IMG/VR virus record: IMGVR_UViG_3300011113_000415
Reading direction: 5' to 3' (one strand)
Source: a virus
Taxonomy: Duplodnaviria > Caudoviricetes
Length of the DNA stretch: 64,000 nucleotides
The notes below the pieces were generated by a model. That model searched no databases, had not been told where the DNA came from, and saw nothing but the letters and a program-made list of their open reading frames with translations. Every line of letters starts with the position of its first letter. The first letter of the stretch is position 1. The translations under genes were made by a program, and so were the position numbers. This document shows positions 43,303-54,114 of the stretch, piece by piece.

Positions 43303-44507
43303 AATTGCTCCTTTGAATAATCAAGTAATTTGGCCAATTCAGGAGCAACCGTGGCCAAATTTTGATCACGGCGTTGATCCAGTTTTAATATTTGTTTTCG
43401 AATCTCAATACCATCAGTTGATTGACCACGCATCATAAAATCTACAATGTCTGCAAAATCTTTTTTGTATACAGTGAGTGCATTATTTAAATGGTCAGCA
43501 ATGGCTTGTTTGGCTGTGTCGGGCAAGGCAGCGATTGAAAAGTACCAAGCATCATGCATGATATTCCAATACACAAAGTCAAACCCTTGTACCGTAATCC
43601 AGTCAGCCAATTGGTCAATATAACGTACATTGAAAATGTTCACAGTACTACAACATTGCAATTGGATATTGCGGCATTGTTTTCTCAATTCGCGAAAACG
43701 TTGTATATTTTCTTGCACTTCTGTCCACCGAGCCCCTGTGCGTTGGTATTCAAATCTTTCGCACAAGTCATCAATTGAGAATGCAATCTCTACTGTTTTG
43801 AAATGTTTCCAAATGTGTTCTGCGTCGGGCCACTGAGTGCCGTTTGTGTTGTAGTGTATTTCAACTTGATGTGCAATACCACAATCCACGATGCCTTGTA
43901 GCATTTCAAAATGTTCTTGGATCATAAACGGCTCGCCACCAGTAAATTCTATATAGCGTATATGCTCAAGACACTGATCAATTTGTTTCCAAAATTTTTC
44001 ATTTTCACGTGGCCATCGGCCGGCTCGTAACATTTTATATGCAAAACTGGTCTTGCTGTGTGCCTCAACAGAATTGGCAATTTCTTCTACTGCAAAACTG
44101 CTGGAACTCCAGGATCCACATATACGGCATTTCAAGTTGCAGATGTTGCCCAACTTCAAATCCAAAAATATCAAAGGTTTGGCATCATGTGTCCACTGAT
44201 CACCTAGATCATTGTGCTTCAATCGATCCAATGTGTGTTGACGCTTTGATGTACCACCAGCATCCTCTACAGCCCAACATTTGCGACAGGTAACAGGTCG
44301 TTCACCTGCCAAAAATGCCTGTCGCAACTGATACATGTATTCTGAGTTTTGAATGTCTGCAAAATCGGCAGATTTCAAATTGAATTTGACACTGTTGCTG
44401 TCTACTATTTCATCGTCGGCCAAACAACAAGGACGTACAGTGCCAATGGGACTGGCCTCAAGGCTGATCCAGGGTAATACACAGAATTGATCGTGTGGTA
44501 GGTTCAT
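43299..44507 (-). CDS. radical SAM/twitch domain protein
   Basis: FCVLPW..PCC..CRKC; CNLKCRIC; GGEPF. Confidence 0.9.
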   Translation of the reverse strand: MNLPHDQFCVLPWISLEASPIGTVRPCCLADDEIVDSNSVKFNLKSADFADIQNSEYMYQLRQAFLAGERPVTCRKCWAVEDAGGTSKRQHTLDRLKHNDLGDQWTHDAKPLIFLDLKLGNICNLKCRICGSWSSSSFAVEEIANSVEAHSKTSFAYKMLRAGRWPRENEKFWKQIDQCLEHIRYIEFTGGEPFMIQEHFEMLQGIVDCGIAHQVEIHYNTNGTQWPDAEHIWKHFKTVEIAFSIDDLCERFEYQRTGARWTEVQENIQRFRELRKQCRNIQLQCCSTVNIFNVRYIDQLADWITVQGFDFVYWNIMHDAWYFSIAALPDTAKQAIADHLNNALTVYKKDFADIVDFMMRGQSTDGIEIRKQILKLDQRRDQNLATVAPELAKLLDYSKEQL

Positions 44508-45889
44508 AATTTTAAATTGTATTGAGCAAATACATCAACCAACCAGGGGAATACATTGGGCCAATGTGTATTCCTTCTTTGGTCCATGGTATTTAAAAAT
44601 TCAAACAACTTGGCAATTTCTTTTGTGTTAGGAGGAAAGTGCTCTGACTGTTTGGCAATGCCTGCTAGATAGTTTTTACTAGATATCTCTTCGGGTGTGT
44701 TATTGGGTTTAAGTGCAAGTGCCGCATCAAAATCCTGCCGGAATATATCTCCAAATATATCAATAAACATGTAACTGGGGCTATTGACTGAATTTTGATA
44801 ATGGTACACTTTTCTAGTCTGATTCCAGATGTTTATTTTTTCCAGCATTGCTGGCAGCGTTTTAACAGTCAATGGAGTGATTGTTGAATTAATAATTAAA
44901 TTAATCCAGGGCTGAGCCAACAAGTATTCAAAATTCTTTTCCCATACGGTCAAGTTCAATGGAAATCGCACGTACTCTTGCGGTGCGCCCCAACAATCTA
45001 AACTGGCGGTTACTTCAAATTCTCTAATACAACCAAGATCTATCAATTGCTTTACTCTAGCAACAATTTTTTGCACATGACTTAATTTGGCATTTAGATT
45101 TGTAAAAATTTGTAGTTTTAATTCTGGTGCAGGGTAATGTTCAAACAAGTCAAGACACTGTTCTAATTCTGGTTGATATAAAGGTTCTCCACCTAGAATA
45201 TTGAATATTGAAAGTTCATGTGCATTTTGTTTGAGCCAATCAAACAGTTTGGCTTTGTTTGATTCAATGTTGGCGCTTTTTATAAATGCTGGATCGCCAT
45301 GACGAATGTTTTCTGCATCCCATAAACTGCTAAAGTGTGGTCCGCAGTACAGACACTTTAGATTACAGGTGTTGTCAAAATAAACTTCCAACATTCGGGG
45401 GGTTACACGTACAGCCCCAGGATTCTGATCCAGTTCAAGAGGTGCATGAACGCCCGGAAAGTCTAAGTTTGTGATTCTATCGCTGGCACCGCCTGCGGCC
45501 TCAATGTTACGACAGTAATTGCATCCTGACTCGGGCCATTCACCTGCCAACATGCGTCTACGATCATCTAATTTTGAAGGAGTGTTGTGAAAGTCAAAAG
45601 ATTTTGTGTCAAATCGGTGGTTGTTGGTTCTATGACAACTGGCTGTTGTTTCCATGGTCAAATAAACTGTGCTCCAGGTCCATTTCAGTTGGCAAGCAGT
45701 AGCAGTGTTAATGGCAAACCGTCGATTGGCCCTTTTGCTTTGTTTACGAAAACTCCCAGGAACATAACCAAATTGTTCTTGGCATTCTTTTTGAATTTCT
45801 TGCGGCAGTAGATAAAAATCTGCTTCTTGATCACAGTCGGGCCAAGCAGGATCACGTATCTGTGTGTAAAATTCTGCCCATGTGCTCAT
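44504..45889 (-). CDS. radical SAM/twitch domain protein with N-terminal FY..RD..WPDC module
   Basis: ATG 45889 overlaps upstream stop; CQLKW..SCH..CNYC; CNLKCLYC. Confidence 0.9.
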   Translation of the reverse strand: MSTWAEFYTQIRDPAWPDCDQEADFYLLPQEIQKECQEQFGYVPGSFRKQSKRANRRFAINTATACQLKWTWSTVYLTMETTASCHRTNNHRFDTKSFDFHNTPSKLDDRRRMLAGEWPESGCNYCRNIEAAGGASDRITNLDFPGVHAPLELDQNPGAVRVTPRMLEVYFDNTCNLKCLYCGPHFSSLWDAENIRHGDPAFIKSANIESNKAKLFDWLKQNAHELSIFNILGGEPLYQPELEQCLDLFEHYPAPELKLQIFTNLNAKLSHVQKIVARVKQLIDLGCIREFEVTASLDCWGAPQEYVRFPLNLTVWEKNFEYLLAQPWINLIINSTITPLTVKTLPAMLEKINIWNQTRKVYHYQNSVNSPSYMFIDIFGDIFRQDFDAALALKPNNTPEEISSKNYLAGIAKQSEHFPPNTKEIAKLFEFLNTMDQRRNTHWPNVFPWLVDVFAQYNLKL

Positions 45890-47148
45890 TTCAACGCCGC
45901 CAATTCTGGCAATGCATGATGCCATTTTTCGCCTCTAATCTCATCTAGTTCGTGTGTCTTACGCCAAAATGTATCAATCAATTGTGTGTTGTCTATGGCA
46001 TTCATAAACGTAATTGCGCTCCGAAAGCCTTGTGTGGCACGCCCTAATGGATCTCGATCACTCATCCAAGACAGATGCTTACAATATTTTTCTTCTAGAC
46101 GTTGTTTGTATTCTGTAGGAGCAATATCTATTCTATAGTATGTAGGGTCTTGCAATATGTTTACATTGAGATCTTGTGGTTGAATTAAGCCAGCCGCACA
46201 CCATTCCTGATGAAAATCGGGCAGATGCCAGGCATTTAATATGCTGAGTGTGGGCGAAATATAAAAGTCTACTTTGGGGCATACTGCAATCATGTCATGG
46301 CGATTTTTTACCACGTCATACCAACGGGTACCTTTTCGTATGTATTCTGCGGCGGTGCCCATGCCATCCAAACTAGCACCCACTGCCACTGATTCAAATT
46401 GTCGCCAATACTCAAATACACTTCGGCCTTTTAGGTCTGTATGCGTGAAGTTTGTGTTGTAAATCAAGCGCACATTAAATCTTTTTCTTTTTACAAGTTC
46501 TTCCAGGATGTTATAGTGTTCTTCCATTAGCAAGGGTTCGCCACCAGCAAAGTATATTTGCTCTACATAGTCCAAGTGTGGTTCCAATTGTGACCACATG
46601 TCTGTTTCTGTGCGGCCAGCATAATTTAAAACTGTATTGCGTTCTCGCCATTCTGGGCCTGCTAATTTTACTTGATCTTGATACCATTGGCTTGAAAAAA
46701 TATGTCCGCAACTACGGCATTTTAAATTGCAGAGATTGCTAAAGCGAATATCCCAATAGGTCATTTCAAAAGGATTTTTATCTAGTTTTTTTATATGATG
46801 TCCGTGATGCTTGTTGGCCGATCGGCGTCCTGAGAAGAATCCCGACGCTTCTTGTTCATAACAACGAGTACAGGCGGCATTGGGTGTTTCACTCAACATG
46901 TCTGCACGTAGTTTCTGCATGGCATTGCCTCGCCATATTTCTTCTAGGGTGTTGGTTCTACAGTTGCCCACAACACCCGGCTTCATTTCAGCATGGCAGC
47001 AGGGATATGCTTCGCCAGTGGGGTAAGCGTGTAGATGTATCCAAGGATAGATACAGAATGTTCGTGATTCCTCTAAGAGCCAACGCTCACGTTCAGTGAG
47101 TTCTGTAGGACGCACTAGATCTGTAGAGTTATACCGGTATTGAGTCAT
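45886..47148 (-). CDS. radical SAM/twitch domain protein
   Basis: FCIYPW..PCC..CTRC; CNLKCRSC. Confidence 0.9.
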   Translation of the reverse strand: MTQYRYNSTDLVRPTELTERERWLLEESRTFCIYPWIHLHAYPTGEAYPCCHAEMKPGVVGNCRTNTLEEIWRGNAMQKLRADMLSETPNAACTRCYEQEASGFFSGRRSANKHHGHHIKKLDKNPFEMTYWDIRFSNLCNLKCRSCGHIFSSQWYQDQVKLAGPEWRERNTVLNYAGRTETDMWSQLEPHLDYVEQIYFAGGEPLLMEEHYNILEELVKRKRFNVRLIYNTNFTHTDLKGRSVFEYWRQFESVAVGASLDGMGTAAEYIRKGTRWYDVVKNRHDMIAVCPKVDFYISPTLSILNAWHLPDFHQEWCAAGLIQPQDLNVNILQDPTYYRIDIAPTEYKQRLEEKYCKHLSWMSDRDPLGRATQGFRSAITFMNAIDNTQLIDTFWRKTHELDEIRGEKWHHALPELAALK

Positions 47149-48466
47149 ACCATTCTTTTAGTTCAGGAAAGGCAGCACCAAAGTCTTTTGATCTGCGTTG
47201 ATCATATTGTGTGTAAAACTGCCGAAAATCATGTAATAATTTAGGACGATCAAATGCTTCTGAGTGCGGAGTTTTGACCACATCCAAATAATCAATCAAG
47301 CGTTGTGTGTGATTTACTTCGTGTTCGTGAATAAATTCTGAATTAGCCCAGTGCTCCAACCAGGTCTCTAAACGTTGTCTATAGACTGTTCGCAGATGGT
47401 TGGGCAGTACCAATGGTGATTGAAATGATGGAAAGCGTAGAATATTTAGTGTGAAACTGATAGCATCACGTCCGTATTCCAGTTTCCAATTCATTATACA
47501 TTCCAACAATTGATCCAAGGTGCTTAAACACAAGGCATTGATGGTTGACATCACATGTATGCCACGAAACTGCCCAGAGTCTAGAAGTCTTTCGACATTA
47601 TTAGCCCAGTCGTCCCATACTAGCCCATCACGGATATATTCTGCTTGAGTGGAGATTGCCTCATTTGACGTGTATAAGTCGATTGCCAGCCCGGCTGTAC
47701 TGTCAAGTAATCGGTCAATGTCAACGTCGGTGCCCAGGTTACTGTTGATAGCCAAGCGTGTAGTACTCTTGCCCTGATTATCTTTAAACCAATCAATGAG
47801 TCGCCAGGTGTGGGCGGACATGAGGGGCTCTCCTCCTGTGATTCTGAGTTCTGATAGTGTACGATGTAGATCCGTTTCCCACCAACTAAAAAATGCGTTA
47901 ACATAGGCATTATCCTCACCGTACGCAAACAGTTGAGAGTTGTCATGAGTGTGAGTAAAGTGGTTACGACCATCACTGACCAAGTTAGCGTAGGGTCCAT
48001 TATTTCTAATGTCCTTAACCCAAGTTGTGCTAAATGCAGGGTTGCAGTAACTACAAGCAAACTGACAAGTACGATCAAAAGCAATTTCCAAAGTACGGAG
48101 ATTGACGTCTTCTGTGGGTAGTAGATTTCTAGCCTCATGCAATGCCTCTATAGGATAAATTTTTGATTTATATACACGGTCTGACACAGCGTCGCGACCC
48201 ATGTCTTCAATCTTCCAGCAGTACTCACAGCCTGCGGGACGTTCTCCGGCCAGCATCTGGCGACGATCTTCTTTCTTTTGATCAGTATTGTGCAACAGCC
48301 TAGGGTTGGCCTGAACTCGATCAATGTCCACCAAATGGGCTGGAGGGTGGTGACAACTTGTGGTCATACCAGAGCCTAACCAAATGGTCGCATTGTACCA
48401 TTTTGCCGCACAAAAACTAGCCGAGAGTTTGTCTAATACTTGATGTTTGAATTCTAGATCGTTCAC
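47129..48466 (-). CDS. radical SAM/twitch domain protein
   Basis: FCAAKW..SCHH..CEYC; CQFACSYC. Confidence 0.9.
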   Translation of the reverse strand: MNDLEFKHQVLDKLSASFCAAKWYNATIWLGSGMTTSCHHPPAHLVDIDRVQANPRLLHNTDQKKEDRRQMLAGERPAGCEYCWKIEDMGRDAVSDRVYKSKIYPIEALHEARNLLPTEDVNLRTLEIAFDRTCQFACSYCNPAFSTTWVKDIRNNGPYANLVSDGRNHFTHTHDNSQLFAYGEDNAYVNAFFSWWETDLHRTLSELRITGGEPLMSAHTWRLIDWFKDNQGKSTTRLAINSNLGTDVDIDRLLDSTAGLAIDLYTSNEAISTQAEYIRDGLVWDDWANNVERLLDSGQFRGIHVMSTINALCLSTLDQLLECIMNWKLEYGRDAISFTLNILRFPSFQSPLVLPNHLRTVYRQRLETWLEHWANSEFIHEHEVNHTQRLIDYLDVVKTPHSEAFDRPKLLHDFRQFYTQYDQRRSKDFGAAFPELKEWYDSIPV

Positions 48467-49572
48467 ACGTTGCTTTGGATAAAATTAACAAAGCGGTCAG
48501 GAAATTCGCTAAAGATTCTAGCACCTTCTGCCGCCAAGTGTTGTTGATTATACTTAGTTATAGCCATACTTGCAACCAGAAATTCCGCCATATCACTCCT
48601 ACACAGGTCTTGAACCACTTGGGCGATTCTATCCAATCGGTCTTGATTGTTGTCTATCAAGTCAAATGATTCGTCTATTAGATGACCAAATGTTTGATAT
48701 CCAGCACGATGCAGGTCTTGATAAAATCCGCGATTGGCCACTGCCACAAACGGATGTCCCATGGCAATGGGTTTGTAGATTTTTTCACTGCGTAGACTGT
48801 AAGGATAATCAAACACAGTTTCTGTGACCAAACTGAAATAGGTATCAATATAGGGTTCGGCACGAATGTACACGTCGCCCCATTTGTTATCAAACAGTTC
48901 ATGCTTGACAAAGGCATGTTGATATTGATTTTTCTGCCCTGAAACAAACTGTTCTACTTCGTAATTAGCGGGCAACAGTTGTATCTCACTGGGTCTTTCA
49001 AACAGATCAGTTGAGTAGGTATGATGATATACTGGAGTGGTATCTAGGTTGGTCCATAATGCATGAGTCAACAATCCTGTATCACGAATTTTTTCTATCA
49101 TGTATTTTCTGTGTGGTCTTGTGCGACCATTCAAGAACAAGAATTTATAGGGTTTGTGTAACTTGTTGTATATTTCATCTGCACGACCGCATTGTTCAGT
49201 GTTGCTTTCATAGCATGTTGCTCTGTAAGCATAATGATCGTAGACCATGCAGTTGAGTTCAGGCTCCATGTTGCCACACCCCACTAACAACAGTTTGTGA
49301 TTTTGAATTAAATCTAGCAATCCTAGCCGTTGACATTGAAGTTTGAGTGTTTGTGATCCTTCTGACGGATTGGCCAATATGGGCAAACAGGTCTCGGCCA
49401 GTTGTTTTACTCGATCGGCATAGCGATTTACAGTTTGTCTGGCTAGTATGACAATGTCACCGGGTTGAGATTCGTACTGCTCAAAATCCCAAAACGTGTC
49501 ATCCACCAGATGTTGTATTTCTGTATGTATCTCACAGGAAGTGTCACATACAAGTCTGCGATTACCTAGCAT
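48463..49572 (-). CDS. ET..EK.YKPI family paralog
   Basis: VTETVF..SEKIYKPIAMGHPF..LHRAGYQTF; ATG 49572. Confidence 0.75.
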   Translation of the reverse strand: MLGNRRLVCDTSCEIHTEIQHLVDDTFWDFEQYESQPGDIVILARQTVNRYADRVKQLAETCLPILANPSEGSQTLKLQCQRLGLLDLIQNHKLLLVGCGNMEPELNCMVYDHYAYRATCYESNTEQCGRADEIYNKLHKPYKFLFLNGRTRPHRKYMIEKIRDTGLLTHALWTNLDTTPVYHHTYSTDLFERPSEIQLLPANYEVEQFVSGQKNQYQHAFVKHELFDNKWGDVYIRAEPYIDTYFSLVTETVFDYPYSLRSEKIYKPIAMGHPFVAVANRGFYQDLHRAGYQTFGHLIDESFDLIDNNQDRLDRIAQVVQDLCRSDMAEFLVASMAITKYNQQHLAAEGARIFSEFPDRFVNFIQSNV

Positions 49573-50941
49573 GATATTGACATTCTTTCCACCATGACCG
49601 CATTTCTGGAAATGTGGCCAAGAAATCTGTGCTACGTCGACGATCGTGTTCTGCAAAGAATCTATAAAAGTCTGCTCGTGCCTGGGAATGATCCTGATCT
49701 TGAGCACTACGCATCCAGGCGATGTCTCTGTCCAGTCGTGCCACTTCGTAGTCCTTGAATCCTTGATGTGGGTATCTTGGATCTTCCATGTGTTCCAGCA
49801 TAAATGCTTTGACTTCTTCTAATTTGACTACGTAACTTGGGGGCAAGATTTGTAGACTTTGCCAAGAGGGTGTGCGTAGCACAGGAGTATCAAACCATAT
49901 GCGTTGATAGTTGCGACTGTGCGTTCTTCTTAGGAACAGGATCCAGCCCAGTAATGATTTTAATCCTGTCACAGATAGATTGTTCATGGTAATGATAAAC
50001 GTGAGACTGTTGTAGGCGGGCACTTCGGTTAGATAGCGATCCACATTGTCAAACATTCGCATGTAGTCAAGACCGTGGCGTATGTATTCGGCCTGAGCAG
50101 GTATGCCCGAATCCACACTTACGTATTGCATGAAGTGTTCAATACGCCCGTCGCAGATTTTTTTCACTGAGTCAAGATACCGTTTGAACAATTCGGGTTC
50201 TACTGAGAAGTTGCTCGTGACATTTAGATGTAGTTTCTTAGAGGGATTCTCTAGCACATAATCAAACACTCGATAAGTGTTCCGGTCCATGAGTGGCTCG
50301 CCACCAGTCATTCTAAAATGTTCTAGTTCAGGGTATAGTGTGGGCCACCATGCCCAAAATGCATCAACATAGGGATTAGCATCCTTTACCGGAATAGGTC
50401 GATTACGCCCGGTAAAATGAGTAGGATCGTTATGAGTAGTGCTAGTTGGGTAGCCGCCCCACCGATCAACTTCTGCTTGCCATGTGGAACTAAATTGTGG
50501 ACTGCAATAACTACAAGCAAGATTGCAAGCATGGTTAAAATTAACTTCAACGTAACTAGGGATAACATCTTCTTCTCCTGAGGAATTTTTTATTTTGTCA
50601 AAATCTACGGCAGCCCAAGTCTCTCCTGAACGGTAGTGTCTGTCGCTGAGTTTGCCCTGATCTTCCATATTCCAGCAGTAACTGCATTCTGAGGGGCGCT
50701 CTTGACCCAACATAATTTTACGCTGTTGTTTTTTGTGTTCAGTATTGTGTAGTGCGGCAGGATTGATTGCTATTGCTTCAGGATCAATTGGGTGTAAGGG
50801 AGGATGATAACAACTGTTGTTGAGTCCTGTAGGCAAGTGTAGACTTACCTGTTTCCATTTGGCCAAACAAAGTGCTGGACCCAACTGATCTTTCATTTGT
50901 TCAGCAGAACTCATAAAAACACTTTTGTTTTCCATTACCAA
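49562..50941 (-). CDS. radical SAM/twitch domain protein
   Basis: LCLAKW..SCYH..CSYC; CNLACSYC; GGEPL. Confidence 0.9.
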   Translation of the reverse strand: MVMENKSVFMSSAEQMKDQLGPALCLAKWKQVSLHLPTGLNNSCYHPPLHPIDPEAIAINPAALHNTEHKKQQRKIMLGQERPSECSYCWNMEDQGKLSDRHYRSGETWAAVDFDKIKNSSGEEDVIPSYVEVNFNHACNLACSYCSPQFSSTWQAEVDRWGGYPTSTTHNDPTHFTGRNRPIPVKDANPYVDAFWAWWPTLYPELEHFRMTGGEPLMDRNTYRVFDYVLENPSKKLHLNVTSNFSVEPELFKRYLDSVKKICDGRIEHFMQYVSVDSGIPAQAEYIRHGLDYMRMFDNVDRYLTEVPAYNSLTFIITMNNLSVTGLKSLLGWILFLRRTHSRNYQRIWFDTPVLRTPSWQSLQILPPSYVVKLEEVKAFMLEHMEDPRYPHQGFKDYEVARLDRDIAWMRSAQDQDHSQARADFYRFFAEHDRRRSTDFLATFPEMRSWWKECQYHAR

Positions 50942-51861
50942 CCTTCTTGAGACCTAATAACATCAATCTCTCGGATCATGATTCCTCGATTGTGCCAATT
51001 TGATCTATAGTGATGCTTGAAGAATCTGCTGGCTTCGGCTGTGAGCATGTGCATGGGCAAGTCCAGTTGTGTAGCCAAGTCATCTGCCAGTCTGTTGGCT
51101 ATGATTTCTGGCTGATCGTTTTTAACTGTTTCAAAAAGTTCAGCAAGTGCCTCAAAGTTTTGTACCTGTAGGTAGTCCCAGTTTGTGAGCATGGTCATGT
51201 AAGTGCCCTGACGTGCGCCGGCAATTGACCAGTAGCCATAGTCCACATCCCCACCTACGTTGTGCCATATAGTCAAATGATCTAGATTGCGTTGGTGCAC
51301 ACGATCACGGAACTCTGCCACACTAGGTCTTGCTCCGCGATTCAAACACATCTTTACACCTTCACGGAAACCGGCACGCCAAGCGTGAAATGCTGACCCA
51401 TTGGGATAGGTAACTGAATAGCAGTCATGCATGGCCCAGTACATAGGGTCAAAACAAAATTCTATTTGTGTTTCTGTACGACCATCTGTGGCTTCGTGTG
51501 TGCGCATGTTGCGTACAAATTCACGTGTCCAGGAACTTAGGCCACCATTGCCGTACATGAGTCCGTTTACATGATTACGTGCTCTCCATCTAAACACAGC
51601 CTGCTCATAATCACCAGCAGGAAAATCCAATGTTTGATTAAAAAACGCCGGGTCGGGGAGATTGTCTCCATCAATGAGAATAAATCTTTCTGTATCACTT
51701 GCATCAGCGGCTGCCTTGTGTGCCGCGTCAGAGCCGAATACACCATCAATTCTTTGTGCCCATGGAACCATGTTTTTGATCTTGACCCAGAATTCTTCTT
51801 TTTGTGGTTCATCATATGATAGGTAAATGCAATCTAAATCTGCTATGTCAATCTTGCTCAT
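50935..51861 (-). CDS. glycosyltransferase-like phage protein
   Basis: DCIYLSYDEP, IDGD (DxD), WRAGFREGVKM. Confidence 0.7.
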   Translation of the reverse strand: MSKIDIADLDCIYLSYDEPQKEEFWVKIKNMVPWAQRIDGVFGSDAAHKAAADASDTERFILIDGDNLPDPAFFNQTLDFPAGDYEQAVFRWRARNHVNGLMYGNGGLSSWTREFVRNMRTHEATDGRTETQIEFCFDPMYWAMHDCYSVTYPNGSAFHAWRAGFREGVKMCLNRGARPSVAEFRDRVHQRNLDHLTIWHNVGGDVDYGYWSIAGARQGTYMTMLTNWDYLQVQNFEALAELFETVKNDQPEIIANRLADDLATQLDLPMHMLTAEASRFFKHHYRSNWHNRGIMIREIDVIRSQEGW

Positions 51862-52189
51862 ATTGTTTTAATTTCCATTGTTGATTGAATTTTTGCTTAC
51901 TCACAACAACAGCAACATCATCAGGGTGACAAGGTGTTCCTGTGCTACTGGGCACTAGTTTTGGTGGGAGTGGCCGCTTGCGTGGTGTTAACACCCCATT
52001 GACTACACGCACCTGCAGGTCTCTCAATGCAAACTGTTCTGGAGTAAGGTCAATGTACTTACCAGGTTGATCTTCGTGACTGTAAAACAATGGTAGTCCT
52101 GAATCATCATAGTAAAGTCTGTAGTAAACCTTTTTCTCTTCAGGCCATTGGAAATTTTTCCAAAAGTCTAGAAATTCTTGATCATTCAC
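51848..52189 (-). CDS. hypothetical protein (YRLYYD..G)
   Basis: overlapping operon arrangement. Confidence 0.75.
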   Translation of the reverse strand: MNDQEFLDFWKNFQWPEEKKVYYRLYYDDSGLPLFYSHEDQPGKYIDLTPEQFALRDLQVRVVNGVLTPRKRPLPPKLVPSSTGTPCHPDDVAVVVSKQKFNQQWKLKQYEQD

Positions 52190-52958
52190 TGCGCCAATCC
52201 TTTACGTGATAGTGTACCGCGCCCCATTGTGCAACTGTATTGAATCTAAGTGGGTTGTATTCCCAAACCAATTCTTGTGTCCAATTGTGTGACTGCGTGG
52301 GTATCATGTGGCGTTTCATATGCACGATTCGAGGATAACTGGCAAATGGCATAGTGACTTGTTCTGGTCCTACTATCTGTGCGGCCATAGCATACACTAG
52401 ATCTGTAGAAGGCACATCGTCTGGAAACTTTAACAAAGTGCGATATTCAGTCCAGTTTTCGAATATGTTGCGTACTAATTGAAAAAACTCTTGTGCTGTT
52501 TGACTCACTCGCCAGTAGGTGATAGCATTGTAAACATCGGGTAAATGGTTAGCGTCAAACACTTTTCTGTAATATCTACTCTCAGCCGGTTGATCATAAA
52601 AGTCTCTGGCGCCTGTGGATATCACAACATCTCTATGTTCCAGCATGGTCCACCAGTGATCAATTGCGCTGGCTATGACCATGTCTGCTTCCAACTTAAT
52701 GGTTTGTCTAAATGGGCTGGCGCGAAACACCTGCCAATCATTGGCATAAGGATTATCACTAAGTGGTTGTTCAAATGTTTTGTAATAATCTATCAAATGC
52801 GGCCAATTGGCATCTGTCCTATCAGTAAGCAAACACACCTTGGCCTCAGGATGATGCGTCTTGAGTGTTTTGATCAAGTTATAGGCACAGTCTATGTAAT
52901 TGATTTCGGCAGTATTTACTGCTGTAATCAAGTAACCACGTTCATCCACTATTGGCAA
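52182..52958 (-). CDS. nucleotide-diphospho-sugar transferase-like protein
   Basis: TIKLEADM, DVYNAITYW; paralog of the next gene. Confidence 0.65.
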   Translation of the reverse strand: MPIVDERGYLITAVNTAEINYIDCAYNLIKTLKTHHPEAKVCLLTDRTDANWPHLIDYYKTFEQPLSDNPYANDWQVFRASPFRQTIKLEADMVIASAIDHWWTMLEHRDVVISTGARDFYDQPAESRYYRKVFDANHLPDVYNAITYWRVSQTAQEFFQLVRNIFENWTEYRTLLKFPDDVPSTDLVYAMAAQIVGPEQVTMPFASYPRIVHMKRHMIPTQSHNWTQELVWEYNPLRFNTVAQWGAVHYHVKDWRSE

Positions 52959-53748
52959 CTATGTCTCCTAAATGCTTTTTGCCCATGGCATGGAAACTGG
53001 TACCAGCCCAGGCTATCTTTTTTAGACGTTTGTTATCCAAATATTCTATGGCAAAAAAGTCTTCATCCAATTGTGTAAGAGTGTGTTCAGGCATGACACT
53101 GGCCAGATCAAATGGTATGTTGTCTACTGTTAGTGTATGGCCGCTTATAATGCCCAGTGCAATACTGAGAGCGTAGTCGTTACGATAGGTAGAGCCTTGT
53201 ATGTGATAAAGATCTTTGTAGTGGCGCCAGTTTTCACGTATCATACTCATGCTGTCAAAAATGTATTGTGCGGTATTTGATCGGCGAAACATCATCACAG
53301 TAGCCCACCACATGGGCATGCGATTGTGTCCAAACCAGTTGAGACCTTCAAAATCATTCATGTTGGTCATGTCCCAGGCCAATCTGTGACACATAAAGTC
53401 TTGTGGACTGTTGAGCACTGTCGATAATTCGTTGCCGCACACCACATAGTCGGCATCTAGTACTAGAGTTTGATCCCAAGGAGTAAGTGAATATGCGTCA
53501 GTTCTACCTGCGTTATGCCAAGACACAGTCGCTTGATAATCCTCAAACCAACGTGTTCCTCCTGTGGCAGCATCTGCTGTAATGACTTGATCAAATCCGC
53601 TAACTCTTGGATCTCCTGGATCTGCGTCTGTGACGATGGCCACCGGAATGTTGAGGTGGCGACGAATTCTTCGAGCACTCCAGCCAGCCATAGCAACATA
53701 GTCGGTTTGTTCATTGTCAAACGCAAATATCAATGCGCCTGTGGTCAT
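52942..53748 (-). CDS. nucleotide-diphospho-sugar transferase-like protein
   Basis: TLVLDADY (DxD), WATVMMF, RNDYALSIA. Confidence 0.7.
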   Translation of the reverse strand: MTTGALIFAFDNEQTDYVAMAGWSARRIRRHLNIPVAIVTDADPGDPRVSGFDQVITADAATGGTRWFEDYQATVSWHNAGRTDAYSLTPWDQTLVLDADYVVCGNELSTVLNSPQDFMCHRLAWDMTNMNDFEGLNWFGHNRMPMWWATVMMFRRSNTAQYIFDSMSMIRENWRHYKDLYHIQGSTYRNDYALSIALGIISGHTLTVDNIPFDLASVMPEHTLTQLDEDFFAIEYLDNKRLKKIAWAGTSFHAMGKKHLGDIVANSG

Positions 53749-54053
53749 CGTTTTTGACTTTGCTCATTATATTCTACCAACCAAGCATTCATTTGCTCTT
53801 GCCAGTGTGCATGCGCCTGGGCAAATAACTCAGGTACATTCACACGCACAGGAGTTTCATACAAGTCTAATATCACCACATCCTTGTCTTGAGCACAACT
53901 CAACAACACACATTGTAGTTCGGGTCCTGCTCGCCACATGCCGCCGGCATGAGCAAACAACATTCGAGCCTCATATTTTTCTTTTAACACACGGCGTGCG
54001 GCCACGTGATCAAAACGTGCTCGTGCATGAGCAATCAAATTGTCAGTATTCAT
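53745..54053 (-). CDS. hypothetical protein
   Basis: ORF in operon. Confidence 0.75.
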   Translation of the reverse strand: MNTDNLIAHARARFDHVAARRVLKEKYEARMLFAHAGGMWRAGPELQCVLLSCAQDKDVVILDLYETPVRVNVPELFAQAHAHWQEQMNAWLVEYNEQSQKR

Positions 54054-54064
54054 TGAGATAGTAT

Positions 54065-54096
54065 AAAAGAAAAAAGGGCAAAAGTCTACCTTTTGC
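54065..54096. terminator. hairpin terminator on the minus strand
   Basis: GGCAAAAG/CTTTTGCC stem with adjacent A tract on the + strand. Confidence 0.6.
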
Positions 54097-54114
54097 CCAG
54101 ATTGAGTTTGCCGA

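Noticed and set aside
48463-49707. Extended 414-aa start for the TEK-family paralog
   Set aside because: It would overlap the radical SAM gene by 146 nt; ATG 49572 gives the usual short overlap.
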